A stretch of DNA of 56,773 nucleotides from Bdellovibrionales bacterium RIFOXYD12_FULL_39_22 (GCA_001770205.1 MEQL01000009.1:1-56773), one strand, 5' to 3'. Numbered from the stretch's first letter, positions 19,332 through 29,810 are shown. Program-made: numbers and translations. The notes: a model not told the origin generated them from the sequence alone.

Positions 19332-20096
19332 ATGCTTGTAAGAGTTGTCGGTTGCCATGGAGGGGTATCGCCAGAGTTTAAAGCGACCTCTTACCTGATA
19401 GATGGCAAATTATTGATTGACGCCGGTTCGGTTGCTACTGGGTTGCTGATTTCTGAGCAAGTGGCAATCCAGAACATTTTAATTTCCCACCCACATCTTG
19501 ATCATATTAATGAAATGGCCTATCTTTGTGATAATTGCTTTGGACTAAAGGATTCCCCTTTCGAAGTTTATGCGGGAACTTCAGTTAAAGAGGCCATTCA
19601 AAAATATTTAATGAATGATGTTATTTGGCCAGATTTTTCTAAAATTCCCAGCATCACCAATCCGACCATTCGCTTTAATGATCTGATGGAAGAACAGGAA
19701 TTAGTTTTAGGAGAATACAAAATTTTTCCGGTTAAAGTTAATCATCCTGGAAATGCATTTGGTTTCATAGTCGAAAAAAGAAATGTTGCACTACTATTTA
19801 CTCAGGATACTGGCCCGACTCAACGTATTTGGGAGATTGCTAAACGCTATGATAAATTGCGAGGGGTGTTTACGGAATGTAGTTTCCCAAACCATTTGCA
19901 AAAGGTTGCCTTAAATAGTCAACACATGACCCCTAATGATTTAAAAATAGAGATTGCTAAAATGCCTCCAGATATTCAAATTTTTGTTGGCCATTTAAAG
20001 CCAAACTATCAAGATCAACTATTCAGAGAGATAAAAGATATTGGCTGCGACCGATTAAATGTTATGGGTACTGACGACACCAGTTACATTTTTTAG
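19332..20096 (+). CDS. Class II 3',5'-cyclic-nucleotide phosphodiesterase (MBL fold)
   Basis: GCHGG, IDAG, SHPHLDH, NDVIWPDF, DTGPT, ECSFPN, HLKP. Confidence 0.85.
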   Translation: MLVRVVGCHGGVSPEFKATSYLIDGKLLIDAGSVATGLLISEQVAIQNILISHPHLDHINEMAYLCDNCFGLKDSPFEVYAGTSVKEAIQKYLMNDVIWPDFSKIPSITNPTIRFNDLMEEQELVLGEYKIFPVKVNHPGNAFGFIVEKRNVALLFTQDTGPTQRIWEIAKRYDKLRGVFTECSFPNHLQKVALNSQHMTPNDLKIEIAKMPPDIQIFVGHLKPNYQDQLFREIKDIGCDRLNVMGTDDTSYIF

Positions 20097-20107
20097 ATGG
20101 CATAGCG

Positions 20108-21364
20108 ATGACTTCCACCGCCAACTCACCTCAACTTAAATTTAACAAAGAGATGGAAAACATTATTTCTGACTGGCTGGATGATCATTGCAGCACGGAA
20201 AGATATAGTCCTGGATTAGAGAGAATTTCAAAATTCTTTGAACCTCTGGTTACTCAGATTGCAAAATCAAAAGTGAAAATCATTACAGTTGGTGGCACTA
20301 ACGGTAAAGGGGAAACTGCGCACACCCTGGAATATCTTCTTACTAGTAGAAAACAAAATGTCGCACTATGGACATCTCCTCATATTTTGTCAATTACAGA
20401 AAGGTTTCGATTTAATGGTATTAATATTGATATCGATGAGCTGTTTGACCTTATGCGGGAAAATGGAGAGTTGCTGGCAAGCGCAAAGTTTAGCTATTAC
20501 GAATTTTTATTCTATATTTTTTTGAAAAGGACACTATTATCACAAGAATTAGATTATATAATTTTCGAAGTAGGAATTGGTGGGCGTTTTGATGCGGTAA
20601 ATTTGTTGGATGCGGATGTAGCAATTATTACCTCGATCTCTCGTGAACACCAAGAAATTCTAGGAAAAACGTATCGTCAAATTTTACATGAAAAACTTCC
20701 GATTGCTCGCCCCCAAAAAAAATTAATCACTTCACTTGAATTAAAATATTGCCAAGATTTGACTGCGACTTATTGTCAAATACGGCAAATTGACTGGATA
20801 GATCTTTTTGCTGGCGGAATTAGTGTACATTCAGATAATTTTTCTGCGCGCAATAAAAAATTGGCCCAATATGTTTATGAAACATCATTGGGATTGGGCC
20901 CCCCCCTTGTGGCCAACTATCCGGCATATAAAGGACGTTTTGAAAAAATTAGTTATGGCAAATGCGAAATGACATTTGTGGGCTCGCATAATATCGATGG
21001 AATGCGAAAATTGGCGCATTGGTTAGTAGAGCAAATTGATACAAACAGTTTCATTTATGACAGAATTATCATGGCGTTCTCACGGCGAGATAGTGATGAT
21101 ATAAGAGTAATGGTGGATACGCTTTGTAATATTCCCCACTACCATGGGAAAATTGTTTTGACGGTTTTTGAACATTACAAGGCCTTTTCTGCATGGGAGA
21201 AACTGGATTGGGCATTGGAATATTTCAACAGCAAAAAATTGCTTTTTATCCCTGATTGGCGAGGGCAACTGAAAGAGTGTCGAAACGAGTGTCGTACAAT
21301 ATTAATAACCGGATCTTACTATTTTGTTGGAGAAGTACAGAAAAATTCAATTGACTCATTATGA
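20108..21364 (+). CDS. folC: Folylpolyglutamate/dihydrofolate synthase
   Basis: VGGTNGKG, TSPHI...ERF, EVGIGGRFDAVN, ITGSYYFVGE. Confidence 0.88.
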   Translation: MTSTANSPQLKFNKEMENIISDWLDDHCSTERYSPGLERISKFFEPLVTQIAKSKVKIITVGGTNGKGETAHTLEYLLTSRKQNVALWTSPHILSITERFRFNGINIDIDELFDLMRENGELLASAKFSYYEFLFYIFLKRTLLSQELDYIIFEVGIGGRFDAVNLLDADVAIITSISREHQEILGKTYRQILHEKLPIARPQKKLITSLELKYCQDLTATYCQIRQIDWIDLFAGGISVHSDNFSARNKKLAQYVYETSLGLGPPLVANYPAYKGRFEKISYGKCEMTFVGSHNIDGMRKLAHWLVEQIDTNSFIYDRIIMAFSRRDSDDIRVMVDTLCNIPHYHGKIVLTVFEHYKAFSAWEKLDWALEYFNSKKLLFIPDWRGQLKECRNECRTILITGSYYFVGEVQKNSIDSL

Positions 21365-23769
21365 AACTACTCCGCCTTCTAATACTTGTTCTTTTCTCTG
21401 CGACGGCCCGTGAGTCCATCAACGTAGGGCCAGGTGATAAAATAAATATCATGTCAGATAAGGCCTACCGGATTAGCTCAACCGATTCATATGAAGCAGT
21501 GGGAAATGTTGTTATAACACTCAAAGATAAAGCGTTGTATGGAGAAAAAGCATCGTTGTCTATGTTAACGGGGGATGTTGTCGTTATGGGCAATGTTCGC
21601 TACGTATCTACCTTGGCCACCGTATATGGTTCGGAAATGTATTATAATATTCGCTCAAATAAGATGGAGATCGCCAATGGCCGGATTTTGTCTGACAACT
21701 ATGTTGTGCTAGGAAAGACTCTGGCAAAAGTTGATGAGAACAACTATCAAGGGAAAGATGCTGAATATACTACTTGTAAGGATTGTCCTGAATCGTGGTC
21801 TATATTTGGAAAAGATGTTTATATAACAATGAACGAATATATTCGCATAACTCACGCATACTTCAAGATTAACGGGGTAATTGTTATGTATATTCCTTAC
21901 ATAATTTTACCCATAAAAAAAGAAAGAGAGAGTGGCCTTTTGTTTCCCAACCTTTCAGTTAATGGGAGTAATGGAGTAGTTTTTCAACAGCCATGGTTTT
22001 GGAATATCTCTCCGAGCAACGATATGACTATTACCCCATCTGCCTTTGGGAATCGAGGTTTAGGGATGGAGTGGCAGTATAGACAGGTTCTCGGTGATCG
22101 CAAATGGTTTGAGTTAAATTCACTGCAATTGTTTGATTCAATTTATCGCCCGGATATTGGAATTTCATCAGATGCCAAAGATACTGGGAGAAATGAGTTT
22201 CGTCATTTCTCAGATTATGAACATCATTTTTCCGTTGGCAATAATCTTAACCATCATATTTACTTCAATGATGGAAGTGATCTGGACATGGTGCGTGACT
22301 TTAATTTTTTTACCTCTCCTAAAATTAGAGGTAGTGAATTAGGGGGAGGTGGTTTTGTAGATTATCGCACTTCTATTATGAACATGTCATTAGAGAGCTA
22401 TTTTAATCGCAATCAGTTAGTAAAAAAGAGCAAAACATTTGATGATGCCTATGTACAAATACTTCCTAAAGTCTCATTTAATATGGAACCATTTTCACTT
22501 ATATCCACAAGATATTTAGGGCTTCATAAAATTAGTATGACTTTAAATGGAGATTTTACTAATTTTCGACAAAATCATACTAACGAAGGAGAGTTCATAA
22601 GAAATGCCCAGCGCTTTAATTTCCGGCCAGCAATGAACTGGTACATGGGGCACATGGGACCGATAGATATGAAAACTATGGCCACTTTGGACTATCAACA
22701 TTACAGCTTTCCTAAGGAAGATGAAGATAATAATTTTACCAAAAGGGCCGTCCTGTATGAGACAGAACTTTTAGTCGAATTCGAAAAAATATTTGGAATT
22801 GCATTAAGCGAGGAGGTTCCTAGCGATAGTGTAGTACAAGAAGAAAGGTTAGAGGACGAATCGGATGTGGAGATGGCCAATAAGATAAAGGGAAACGAGT
22901 CACCAATAATTGGAACTTTGCCGGAAACAATGGATCAGTATGTAAACAAGATGGTAACGATAGCTAGTAATAGCTACAAACATATTCAACAATTTAAACT
23001 CAAACACTATTTTTTATCCGACACGGAGATGTATGGCAGTGATAGGTTTGAAAGACAGATAACAGATACTAGTACGTTGAACGGCCTTTTTGATAATGTC
23101 GACGAAGTTAAAGCAAAAGAGTTTCAGCTGTCAGCGATGGCCACTAGTAAAGAGATCCCTTTCAGTAATACTTTCGAGTTGCAGTGGAATAATTCTTTGA
23201 TCAGGAAATCTCCAAAAAGATTTGATCCCAGAATTGATGGGACCTTTTTGACCAATAATTTTCGCTATAGCAAACTGGCGCATTTTGATTTATCACAGGG
23301 ATTGGTCATGAATGCCAATGATGCTAGATGGCAGGATCGGCTAACTCGTTTGCGAGTGGGGGCGGGAATTTCTGTGCAAAACAATAGTATCGAGGCCACG
23401 GAATATTATTTTTATAATAATACGCATATATTTGTTTTAAAACTATCAAAGGATTTTACTGCGGGAAATATAGATTTGAATTTTCGATATAACTCCACTC
23501 AAAAATATTCCTCGGCCGTAAATGGATATCAGAAATTATTAGGAATAAGTGGCTCTCTTATGCCCATTGAAGTTTTAAAATTTACCTACGTTTATAATTA
23601 CAATTTACAGAAAAAACAAAATACAGAAAAAGAATTTGCGGTAACTTATTCACCTTATAATAATTGTTGGAAATTGGAGTTTCGCAGAGAAAGTACTTTG
23701 AATGATTTAAAAACATCAGTTAATTTTTTAATCAACTATAATAACAATAGCTTTCAGTCGTTGCTATAG
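21361..23769 (+). CDS. lptD: LPS-assembly protein LptD
   Basis: OstA-like N-terminus, YTTC...P..WSI, RESGLLFP, C-terminal NNCW. Confidence 0.85.
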   Translation: MKLLRLLILVLFSATARESINVGPGDKINIMSDKAYRISSTDSYEAVGNVVITLKDKALYGEKASLSMLTGDVVVMGNVRYVSTLATVYGSEMYYNIRSNKMEIANGRILSDNYVVLGKTLAKVDENNYQGKDAEYTTCKDCPESWSIFGKDVYITMNEYIRITHAYFKINGVIVMYIPYIILPIKKERESGLLFPNLSVNGSNGVVFQQPWFWNISPSNDMTITPSAFGNRGLGMEWQYRQVLGDRKWFELNSLQLFDSIYRPDIGISSDAKDTGRNEFRHFSDYEHHFSVGNNLNHHIYFNDGSDLDMVRDFNFFTSPKIRGSELGGGGFVDYRTSIMNMSLESYFNRNQLVKKSKTFDDAYVQILPKVSFNMEPFSLISTRYLGLHKISMTLNGDFTNFRQNHTNEGEFIRNAQRFNFRPAMNWYMGHMGPIDMKTMATLDYQHYSFPKEDEDNNFTKRAVLYETELLVEFEKIFGIALSEEVPSDSVVQEERLEDESDVEMANKIKGNESPIIGTLPETMDQYVNKMVTIASNSYKHIQQFKLKHYFLSDTEMYGSDRFERQITDTSTLNGLFDNVDEVKAKEFQLSAMATSKEIPFSNTFELQWNNSLIRKSPKRFDPRIDGTFLTNNFRYSKLAHFDLSQGLVMNANDARWQDRLTRLRVGAGISVQNNSIEATEYYFYNNTHIFVLKLSKDFTAGNIDLNFRYNSTQKYSSAVNGYQKLLGISGSLMPIEVLKFTYVYNYNLQKKQNTEKEFAVTYSPYNNCWKLEFRRESTLNDLKTSVNFLINYNNNSFQSLL

Positions 23770-23899
23770 AGTTCTGGCCAGCCTTGCGAATAGTTTATAT
23801 TTATGAGGTATTCAGTCGCCTATTTGGGCATTTTTTTGGCAGATATTTCCGATTTATCTTTTTTAGAATTTAAACGAGAAAGTTTGTATAATAGTGGCC

Positions 23900-24625
23900 A
23901 TGAGTCTGGAGATAAAAATTGATGGTATTTATGATGAGAAGACCTTTAATCATCTGGCGGCCATGGGAATTTTAAATTTTGGTTTTGATTTTCGCCCGCT
24001 GAGTTTTAATTTTATTCCGCAGCATAAATTTCAAGAATTGATTAATTCAAAATTTTCTTCAAAGCGGAGATTTTTTCTCCATTTTGCCGATGAAAAAGAT
24101 TTTATGATTTGGAAAATTGTTGATGATCTGACCAAGCTATATGTGCGCCTAAAAGATCTACAAGAAAAAGGAATAGAGTATCTGACGATGCAAAGTAATT
24201 TCTTTTTAGAGTTTTCTTATCTTAAAAATAACTTAGATTTTTATAATCAATTTAATCTTCCATTTTACCTCTATGTCGATGACACAAACGAAGGGGTTAT
24301 CAGTGATTTAGAAAAATTTCACAGGCCTTCTCATTTAAAGGGAATTATTTTGAATTATAATTCGCTGATGCATCGCTATGATAATGGTACTGTCGAGGAT
24401 ATTAAAAAAGGTTTGCTCCCATTGTTATCTACAAAACGTGGGCGTACCCAGATAGAGATTGTTTTAGACGTTGATTGGGATGCGGAAATCTTTACATCAT
24501 TACTAGAAATTTTTCCATTCCAGCGAGTTGCATTTAAGATCAATCCTAAGATTGAATTTTCCTATCGTAATGTCGATATAAATAGAGTAGAAAATCATCT
24601 AAAGAATTTTTCTCAAATGCTATAA
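23900..24625 (+). CDS. Hypothetical protein with weak TrpF (PRAI)-like features
   Basis: IKIDGI...GFDFRPLSFNFI resembles TrpF VKICGI...GFVFxxxSPRYV. Confidence 0.55.
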   Translation: MSLEIKIDGIYDEKTFNHLAAMGILNFGFDFRPLSFNFIPQHKFQELINSKFSSKRRFFLHFADEKDFMIWKIVDDLTKLYVRLKDLQEKGIEYLTMQSNFFLEFSYLKNNLDFYNQFNLPFYLYVDDTNEGVISDLEKFHRPSHLKGIILNYNSLMHRYDNGTVEDIKKGLLPLLSTKRGRTQIEIVLDVDWDAEIFTSLLEIFPFQRVAFKINPKIEFSYRNVDINRVENHLKNFSQML

Positions 24626-24679
24626 TAGTTTATGGCCGTGAATAGCTTAATAAAAAAAACAAGTGGTGGTGACAATTTT

Positions 24680-25453
24680 ATGAAGATTTTATTAACCAAT
24701 GATGACGGTGTTAATGCGCGAGGGATTAGAGTACTAAAAGAAAAATTATCCCAAATTGCAGAGGTAAAAATTGTGGCCCCAGACAGCGAACGCTCTGTCT
24801 GTGGCCATGGTTTAACTTTACGTGGGCCTCTCTTTATTAGTGAGGTTGAACAAAATATTTGGGGATGCTCTGGTTATCCTGCGGACTGTGTTTATTGGGC
24901 CCTAACGACTTTATACAATGGCCAACCTCCCGACCTTGTTATTTCAGGAATCAATCGTGGTGCAAATTTAGGCCAAGATACTTATTATTCTGGAACGGTG
25001 GCCGGAGCACGGGAGGCCACTTTTCATGGTGTAAGAGCAGTGGCCTTAAGCACTTCTATGCTAAGGTCACAAATTCACAACTATTCCCACCATCTTCACT
25101 ACGAAGTGGCCGCTGACTATATGCTTTCACTAATTGAAAAAGGTGTTTGTGAGGAAATAACGACGAATCATTTTTTGAATATCAATGTACCAAATTGCGA
25201 ACGCACACAAATTCAGGGTGTGGAATTGGCCACGGTGGGTTTTCGGAAATACTCTAACAGTGTTTCAACTAGAGTTGGCCCCAGCGAGCAGTCTTATTTT
25301 TGGATTACTGGGCAACTTTTAGGAGATGAGCAGATCCCCCAGTCTGATTGCGTAACTATCGAAAATAATAAGATTTCTGTAAGTTTAATTAATGTCATAC
25401 CAAAAAGCTCCGATAATACTACTGGCCTCTCCAAAATAATTAATTGGAAGTAG
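24680..25453 (+). CDS. surE: 5'/3'-nucleotidase SurE
   Basis: MKILLTNDDG, VAPDSERS, GYPADCV, SGINRGANLG, YSGTVAGA. Confidence 0.95.
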   Translation: MKILLTNDDGVNARGIRVLKEKLSQIAEVKIVAPDSERSVCGHGLTLRGPLFISEVEQNIWGCSGYPADCVYWALTTLYNGQPPDLVISGINRGANLGQDTYYSGTVAGAREATFHGVRAVALSTSMLRSQIHNYSHHLHYEVAADYMLSLIEKGVCEEITTNHFLNINVPNCERTQIQGVELATVGFRKYSNSVSTRVGPSEQSYFWITGQLLGDEQIPQSDCVTIENNKISVSLINVIPKSSDNTTGLSKIINWK

Positions 25454-25501
25454 CTAGAAATAATTCTGCTATCTTTTGGAGTAGGTTCGATCGGGGGATT
25501 A

Positions 25502-26188
25502 GTGTCTCATCACTTTATTCGTCTTTTGCTCTTAGGCCCACTTTTTTTTATTATCGCTTCTTGCGCTAATGTTCGGAGTGGCCATTATGTTGTTTTAGGA
25601 AAAAGTGATTCGATGGCCAAGCTATCCAGGGAGTTTGATGTCCCACAAAGAGAGTTAGAATTGGCCAATTGGGGGAAGAGTTTTTCTGAGGGGGAGTGGG
25701 TTTTTATCCCACTAAAAAGCGGCATATTACCTAATATTTTATCACGTCGAGGGCCGAATGGACTCTACTCTTTTATAGATAGTGGCGAATTCATTTGGCC
25801 GGTTCCTAGTAGTCAGCATATCACCTCTTCTTTTGGGCGCCGCTGGGGTAGAGAGCATAATGGAATTGATATAGCTGGCCGTGCCGGCAGCAATATAATA
25901 TCGACCAGTGATGGTGTCGTAATTTATGCTGGCCGCGAGTACGCGGGCTTTGGCAATATGGTAGTCATTGCACACCGCTATGGCCTGTTTAGTATCTATG
26001 CGCATAATAAGGCCAACCTTGTGAGAAAGGGTATTAGAGTGCATAAAGGACAAGTTATTGCCACACTCGGCAGAACAGGTAAGGCCACTGGCCCACATCT
26101 TCATTTCGAAATAAGACGCGATGGCAATCCGCTCGATCCTATTGCAATCATCTCCAAACCAAGTGTAAACTCTTACGCAAAAAAGTAG
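25502..26188 (+). CDS. LysM plus M23 peptidase lipoprotein (NlpD-like)
   Basis: Lipobox IASC, LysM-like segment, HNGID, YAH, HLHFEIR. Confidence 0.9.
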   Translation: MSHHFIRLLLLGPLFFIIASCANVRSGHYVVLGKSDSMAKLSREFDVPQRELELANWGKSFSEGEWVFIPLKSGILPNILSRRGPNGLYSFIDSGEFIWPVPSSQHITSSFGRRWGREHNGIDIAGRAGSNIISTSDGVVIYAGREYAGFGNMVVIAHRYGLFSIYAHNKANLVRKGIRVHKGQVIATLGRTGKATGPHLHFEIRRDGNPLDPIAIISKPSVNSYAKK

Positions 26189-26218
26189 GCATTCTACTTT
26201 TGGCAGAGGAGTTTTTTT

Positions 26219-27034
26219 GTGAAACACATTGTTGAAAGTAATGAAGTTTTTGATCTATATCAAAAGTCAGATTCCCAAACAAAAGTAAGAGGATTGATTT
26301 CAATTCCTCATGCGGGCATGGTGATTCCGGATGAGTTTAAAGAATTTCTAACCAAGTCGCTTGTAGACATAAACGAAGATGTTGATTTTAAAGTATACGA
26401 TTTGATCGACAAAGATCGTCTTTTGGATTTTGGGGTAGTGATACTGGTTGCAAAAATTCATAGAGTTTGTGTTGATCTTAATCGTGCGGAAAATATTGCA
26501 GTACTAAATTGGAAGCAGAATACTTTTGGAAATAATCTGACCGTTAAAGAGGTTCCCAAAGATATAGAAGAAGATCTTTTGAAACGCTATTACCGCCCGT
26601 ATTATAATAAACTTAAAGAGACACTTTTGTTCCATAGCGAAAGGTTGAAAGACCGGCCCTTTCCAGTTATTGATCTTCATAGCATGCCATCTAGACCTAC
26701 TGCATATCATTTAAAAAATAATCCCCTGCAAAGTATGGTACGGCCAGATTTTTGCGTCTCGGATCTAGAAGGAAAAACATGTAGTGAGGATTTTAAAAAT
26801 AAGGCCATGCACTTGTTACAAAGGCACGGCCATTCACCATCCCTCAATGATCCCTACAAGGGGGGATTTATAACAAAATATATAAATACTCTTCCCAGGA
26901 TGAATAATATTCAGATTGAAATTAATCGTGCATGCTATATGGATGAACAGAACAAGGCCATTATTCACAATTTAGCAGCGCAAGTACGGACCACGCTGAC
27001 AGAGATGGCCATGGATCTCTTTTCTGTTGATTAA
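26219..27034 (+). CDS. N-formylglutamate amidohydrolase family protein
   Basis: SIPHAG, R.CVDLNR, YYRPY, DLHSMP, NDPYKGG, QIEINR. Confidence 0.85.
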   Translation: MKHIVESNEVFDLYQKSDSQTKVRGLISIPHAGMVIPDEFKEFLTKSLVDINEDVDFKVYDLIDKDRLLDFGVVILVAKIHRVCVDLNRAENIAVLNWKQNTFGNNLTVKEVPKDIEEDLLKRYYRPYYNKLKETLLFHSERLKDRPFPVIDLHSMPSRPTAYHLKNNPLQSMVRPDFCVSDLEGKTCSEDFKNKAMHLLQRHGHSPSLNDPYKGGFITKYINTLPRMNNIQIEINRACYMDEQNKAIIHNLAAQVRTTLTEMAMDLFSVD

Positions 27035-27672
27035 GTTTTGATTGCAGCATCCATTATAAGATGAATCAATTGACGGTGTTTGTTTAAATTATTTTCGCTG
27101 CGGATATCTGACTCAAGTAGATGGGCCGTAAGTTTCGCATTGGCAAAGTAGGAAGAGATGATGCCAAGAATACCAATCAAGAGATTATCCGGATCGAGAT
27201 CGTTATTTATTATTTTCTTTTGCTTGGCAAGTTGTAGGATTTTTTTGATTCGGCCAAATATTTTTGAGGTAATGTTTTCCCAAATGCCCGCCGAGAGGGT
27301 TTGATCCATTTCAATTTCATTCCAGGCCATCATGCGAACAAAATCATTATCCCTTGCAAGCATATTAAAAAATTCAATTGCAAGCTTATTTAGACAATCT
27401 TTGATCTCTATGGCCGAGGATAAAGAACTAATATCGGGAATTGTTAAGTTGAGAATTCCATAGAACTGGCCTAGTTTTTCGTTGTAGATGGACTGATATA
27501 GGGCCTCTTTGCTACCGAAATGGTGATAGATCATGCGTTTGTTTTGGCCACTATTTTCTACGATGTCACTAATGGAGGTTCCATAAAATCCTTTTTTAAT
27601 AAAGAGATTTGCAGCGCTTATCTTTATGGAATCTTTAGTTAACTGGGAGTTTCTTACATTTGCTCTTTTCAT
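27031..27672 (-). CDS. TetR/AcrR-family regulator
   Basis: F..KGFYGTSISDI...GQNKRMIYHHFGSKEALY HTH. Confidence 0.92.
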   Translation of the reverse strand: MKRANVRNSQLTKDSIKISAANLFIKKGFYGTSISDIVENSGQNKRMIYHHFGSKEALYQSIYNEKLGQFYGILNLTIPDISSLSSAIEIKDCLNKLAIEFFNMLARDNDFVRMMAWNEIEMDQTLSAGIWENITSKIFGRIKKILQLAKQKKIINNDLDPDNLLIGILGIISSYFANAKLTAHLLESDIRSENNLNKHRQLIHLIMDAAIKT

Positions 27673-27710
27673 AAAAAGATCCTCTGGTGTCGTTTTGGCA
27701 TCTCTTGTTA

Positions 27711-27805
27711 AATAAAGTAACCATTCGGTTACTTTATTCTTGCCTTTTTACCATGTCGATGTTATATTGATTTAAAATGATAGTAACCGCATGGTTACTA
27801 GTCAA
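27711..27805. promoter_or_regulatory. Two TetR-type operators with overlapping divergent sigma70 promoters
   Basis: O1 AATAAAGTAACC-ATTC-GGTTACTTTATT (27711-27738); O2 TAGTAACC-GCAT-GGTTACTA (27781-27800); plus promoter TTGCCT-17-TATATT (27740-27768); minus promoter TTGACT-17-TATCAT (27805-27777). Confidence 0.85.
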
Positions 27806-27832
27806 CTTGTTTTTCTCAAACAAGGAGTTTAT

Positions 27833-27889
27833 ATGCGATTTTCGCAAATTTCTGAATGGCCAAGTGGTGATGAGGTGAATAACGGTTAG
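27833..27889 (+). CDS. 18-aa small ORF MRFSQISEWPSGDEVNNG (peptide or gene remnant)
   Basis: AAGGAG RBS 5 nt before ATG, downstream of the TetR-controlled promoter. Confidence 0.4.
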   Translation: MRFSQISEWPSGDEVNNG

Positions 27890-28024
27890 AAGTAGTTACT
27901 TTTTATTTTATGACACCGTTATTTATTATCGACAAGAATTTCCCTCTATAAAATTTCTCCAAAAAGATTAAACTTTAGTTTGCGTTCATATAATCGAGAG
28001 TATTCTTTTACCTTTGGGTGTGTG

Positions 28025-28501
28025 ATGGGAAAAGATTTGCTGAGTGAGATAATTAATCCAGATGATTTTAAATTAGTTAAGAGCACTGTGCTATTGCGTA
28101 ATAATACTTCAGGCACAGAAATTGTGGATTCTGAACAGATTGCTATTATTGAAATTAGTAACACTAGTATAACGTTAAGATTGCCACAAAATAGTTGTCG
28201 CATTTCTCATTTTTTGGATCTTTTTATATTCCCTTACCCTATGAAAAAAACTATTTCGCGTCTGCCATTACAAGGAGGGATTAAAGGCTCCTTAGAAGTT
28301 ATTGGTAGAGTGGTTGCTATAACTAGCATAGATAATTTGGATATTAATAAAAAAGAGAAAGAGGAAGGAAATTGTTTAACGTGTAATTGCGTAGAGATTG
28401 AATTGACTCAATTTGATGCGGCCAAATGGGAAAAATTTGTGACTCAATATGTAGAGATACAAGACAAAATAAATCGTTTGTCGGGGGCGAGGAATAGCTA
28501 G
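28025..28501 (+). CDS. Hypothetical protein, degenerate PilZ-like
   Basis: IIEISNTSITL...LEVIGRVV...VEIELTQF beta-barrel pattern; no RxxxR. Confidence 0.55.
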   Translation: MGKDLLSEIINPDDFKLVKSTVLLRNNTSGTEIVDSEQIAIIEISNTSITLRLPQNSCRISHFLDLFIFPYPMKKTISRLPLQGGIKGSLEVIGRVVAITSIDNLDINKKEKEEGNCLTCNCVEIELTQFDAAKWEKFVTQYVEIQDKINRLSGARNS

Positions 28502-29805
28502 TGGCAGAGATTGAAGAAAAGCACAAAAAGTATTTTAAGTCGAAGAAGATGATGCTTTTTGAGCCTTCGACTTCTGTGCGAACAACTATTCGGCGATTGA
28601 TGGTGGAGTTTGGCATAGAGAGTGGAAAGCAAGTTGTTGCCGCCGATTTCCACAGTGCGCTAGAAATTATAAAAAAAGATCGGCCGGATTATATATTCTC
28701 CTGTTTTGAGGCCAATCGAAAAAATTTTGTGGAGCTACTAGAAGCGCACCTAGAAGTAATCCCTAATCGTTTACATGGTGGTTTTTATGTATTGTCAGAG
28801 AAAAATTCTATGGCCATTGCTGCCATGGTCTTGGATTACGACATAGATGCTTTTTTTTCTCAGCCGATCACCTATGAGGCCGTTCGCAATTCAGTATTAT
28901 TGTCGTTGACACACAAAGTGGATATGGATGCTTACATGAAATCGGTTGAAGATGGAAAAGAAAAATTTAGACTTGCTCAGTACAACACTGCCCAGCAAAT
29001 GTTTGATTATGCTACAACTTTAAGCAAGGATGTATCGCTGGCCAATGCTTGGCTGGGAAATACTTATGTTAGGCTGAACAAATTGGAGGAGGCCAGGGCG
29101 GCCTATCGTAAGGGGTTGGAGAGTAATAATAAAAGTTATAATTGCATAAAAGGATTGATTGATTTGTCTATGCAAATGAAGCGCTATGAGGATGCATATA
29201 CTTTTAGTAAAAAACTAATTGAAAATTATCCCGTCAATCCCAATAAAATTGCTGATCTGGTGCGCTTGTCGATTACGAATCATAAATATGAGGATGTGGT
29301 AAATTACTGCAAGATTTTTTCTGGACTAGAGGAGAAAACCGATGCCGTTAAGAAGCATTTGGCGGCCGGTCTAGCGGTGTGTGGCAAATATTTAATCGCC
29401 AAACAAGATAAAGAAAATGGGGTTAATGCCTTAATGGAGGCGGCCAAATTAAGTGATGGCAAAAGGGAAATTTTATACAGTGTTATAAAGAGTCTTTTAC
29501 AGGTGGGGGCAAAAAATAAGGCGCAACAGGTTTTGGAGGAGTATTCTAATGATCAGACCGATGCTGCCGATTTTAGCATTATGGAGCTGGAAATAGTTTA
29601 TGAGACAGAAGATCCTGGGAGGGCCTTTAATCTTGGTTCTTCGCTTTTAAAAAAGGGAATAAAAGATCATCGGGTTTTTGAGATTGTCATCAAAACCTCT
29701 CTTTCGCTTGGCCGAGATATGGGGGCCATTGAAAATATTACTTTTGATGCTATTAAAGCGCATCCGGATAAAAAAGAACTTTTCAATGGCCTACTCAGTA
29801 AGTGA
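28501..29805 (+). CDS. Atypical receiver domain plus TPR protein
   Basis: REC-like N-terminus (LFEP..., PDYIFSC, SQP) followed by TPR repeats. Confidence 0.75.
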   Translation: MAEIEEKHKKYFKSKKMMLFEPSTSVRTTIRRLMVEFGIESGKQVVAADFHSALEIIKKDRPDYIFSCFEANRKNFVELLEAHLEVIPNRLHGGFYVLSEKNSMAIAAMVLDYDIDAFFSQPITYEAVRNSVLLSLTHKVDMDAYMKSVEDGKEKFRLAQYNTAQQMFDYATTLSKDVSLANAWLGNTYVRLNKLEEARAAYRKGLESNNKSYNCIKGLIDLSMQMKRYEDAYTFSKKLIENYPVNPNKIADLVRLSITNHKYEDVVNYCKIFSGLEEKTDAVKKHLAAGLAVCGKYLIAKQDKENGVNALMEAAKLSDGKREILYSVIKSLLQVGAKNKAQQVLEEYSNDQTDAADFSIMELEIVYETEDPGRAFNLGSSLLKKGIKDHRVFEIVIKTSLSLGRDMGAIENITFDAIKAHPDKKELFNGLLSK

Positions 29806-29810
29806 TTTCT

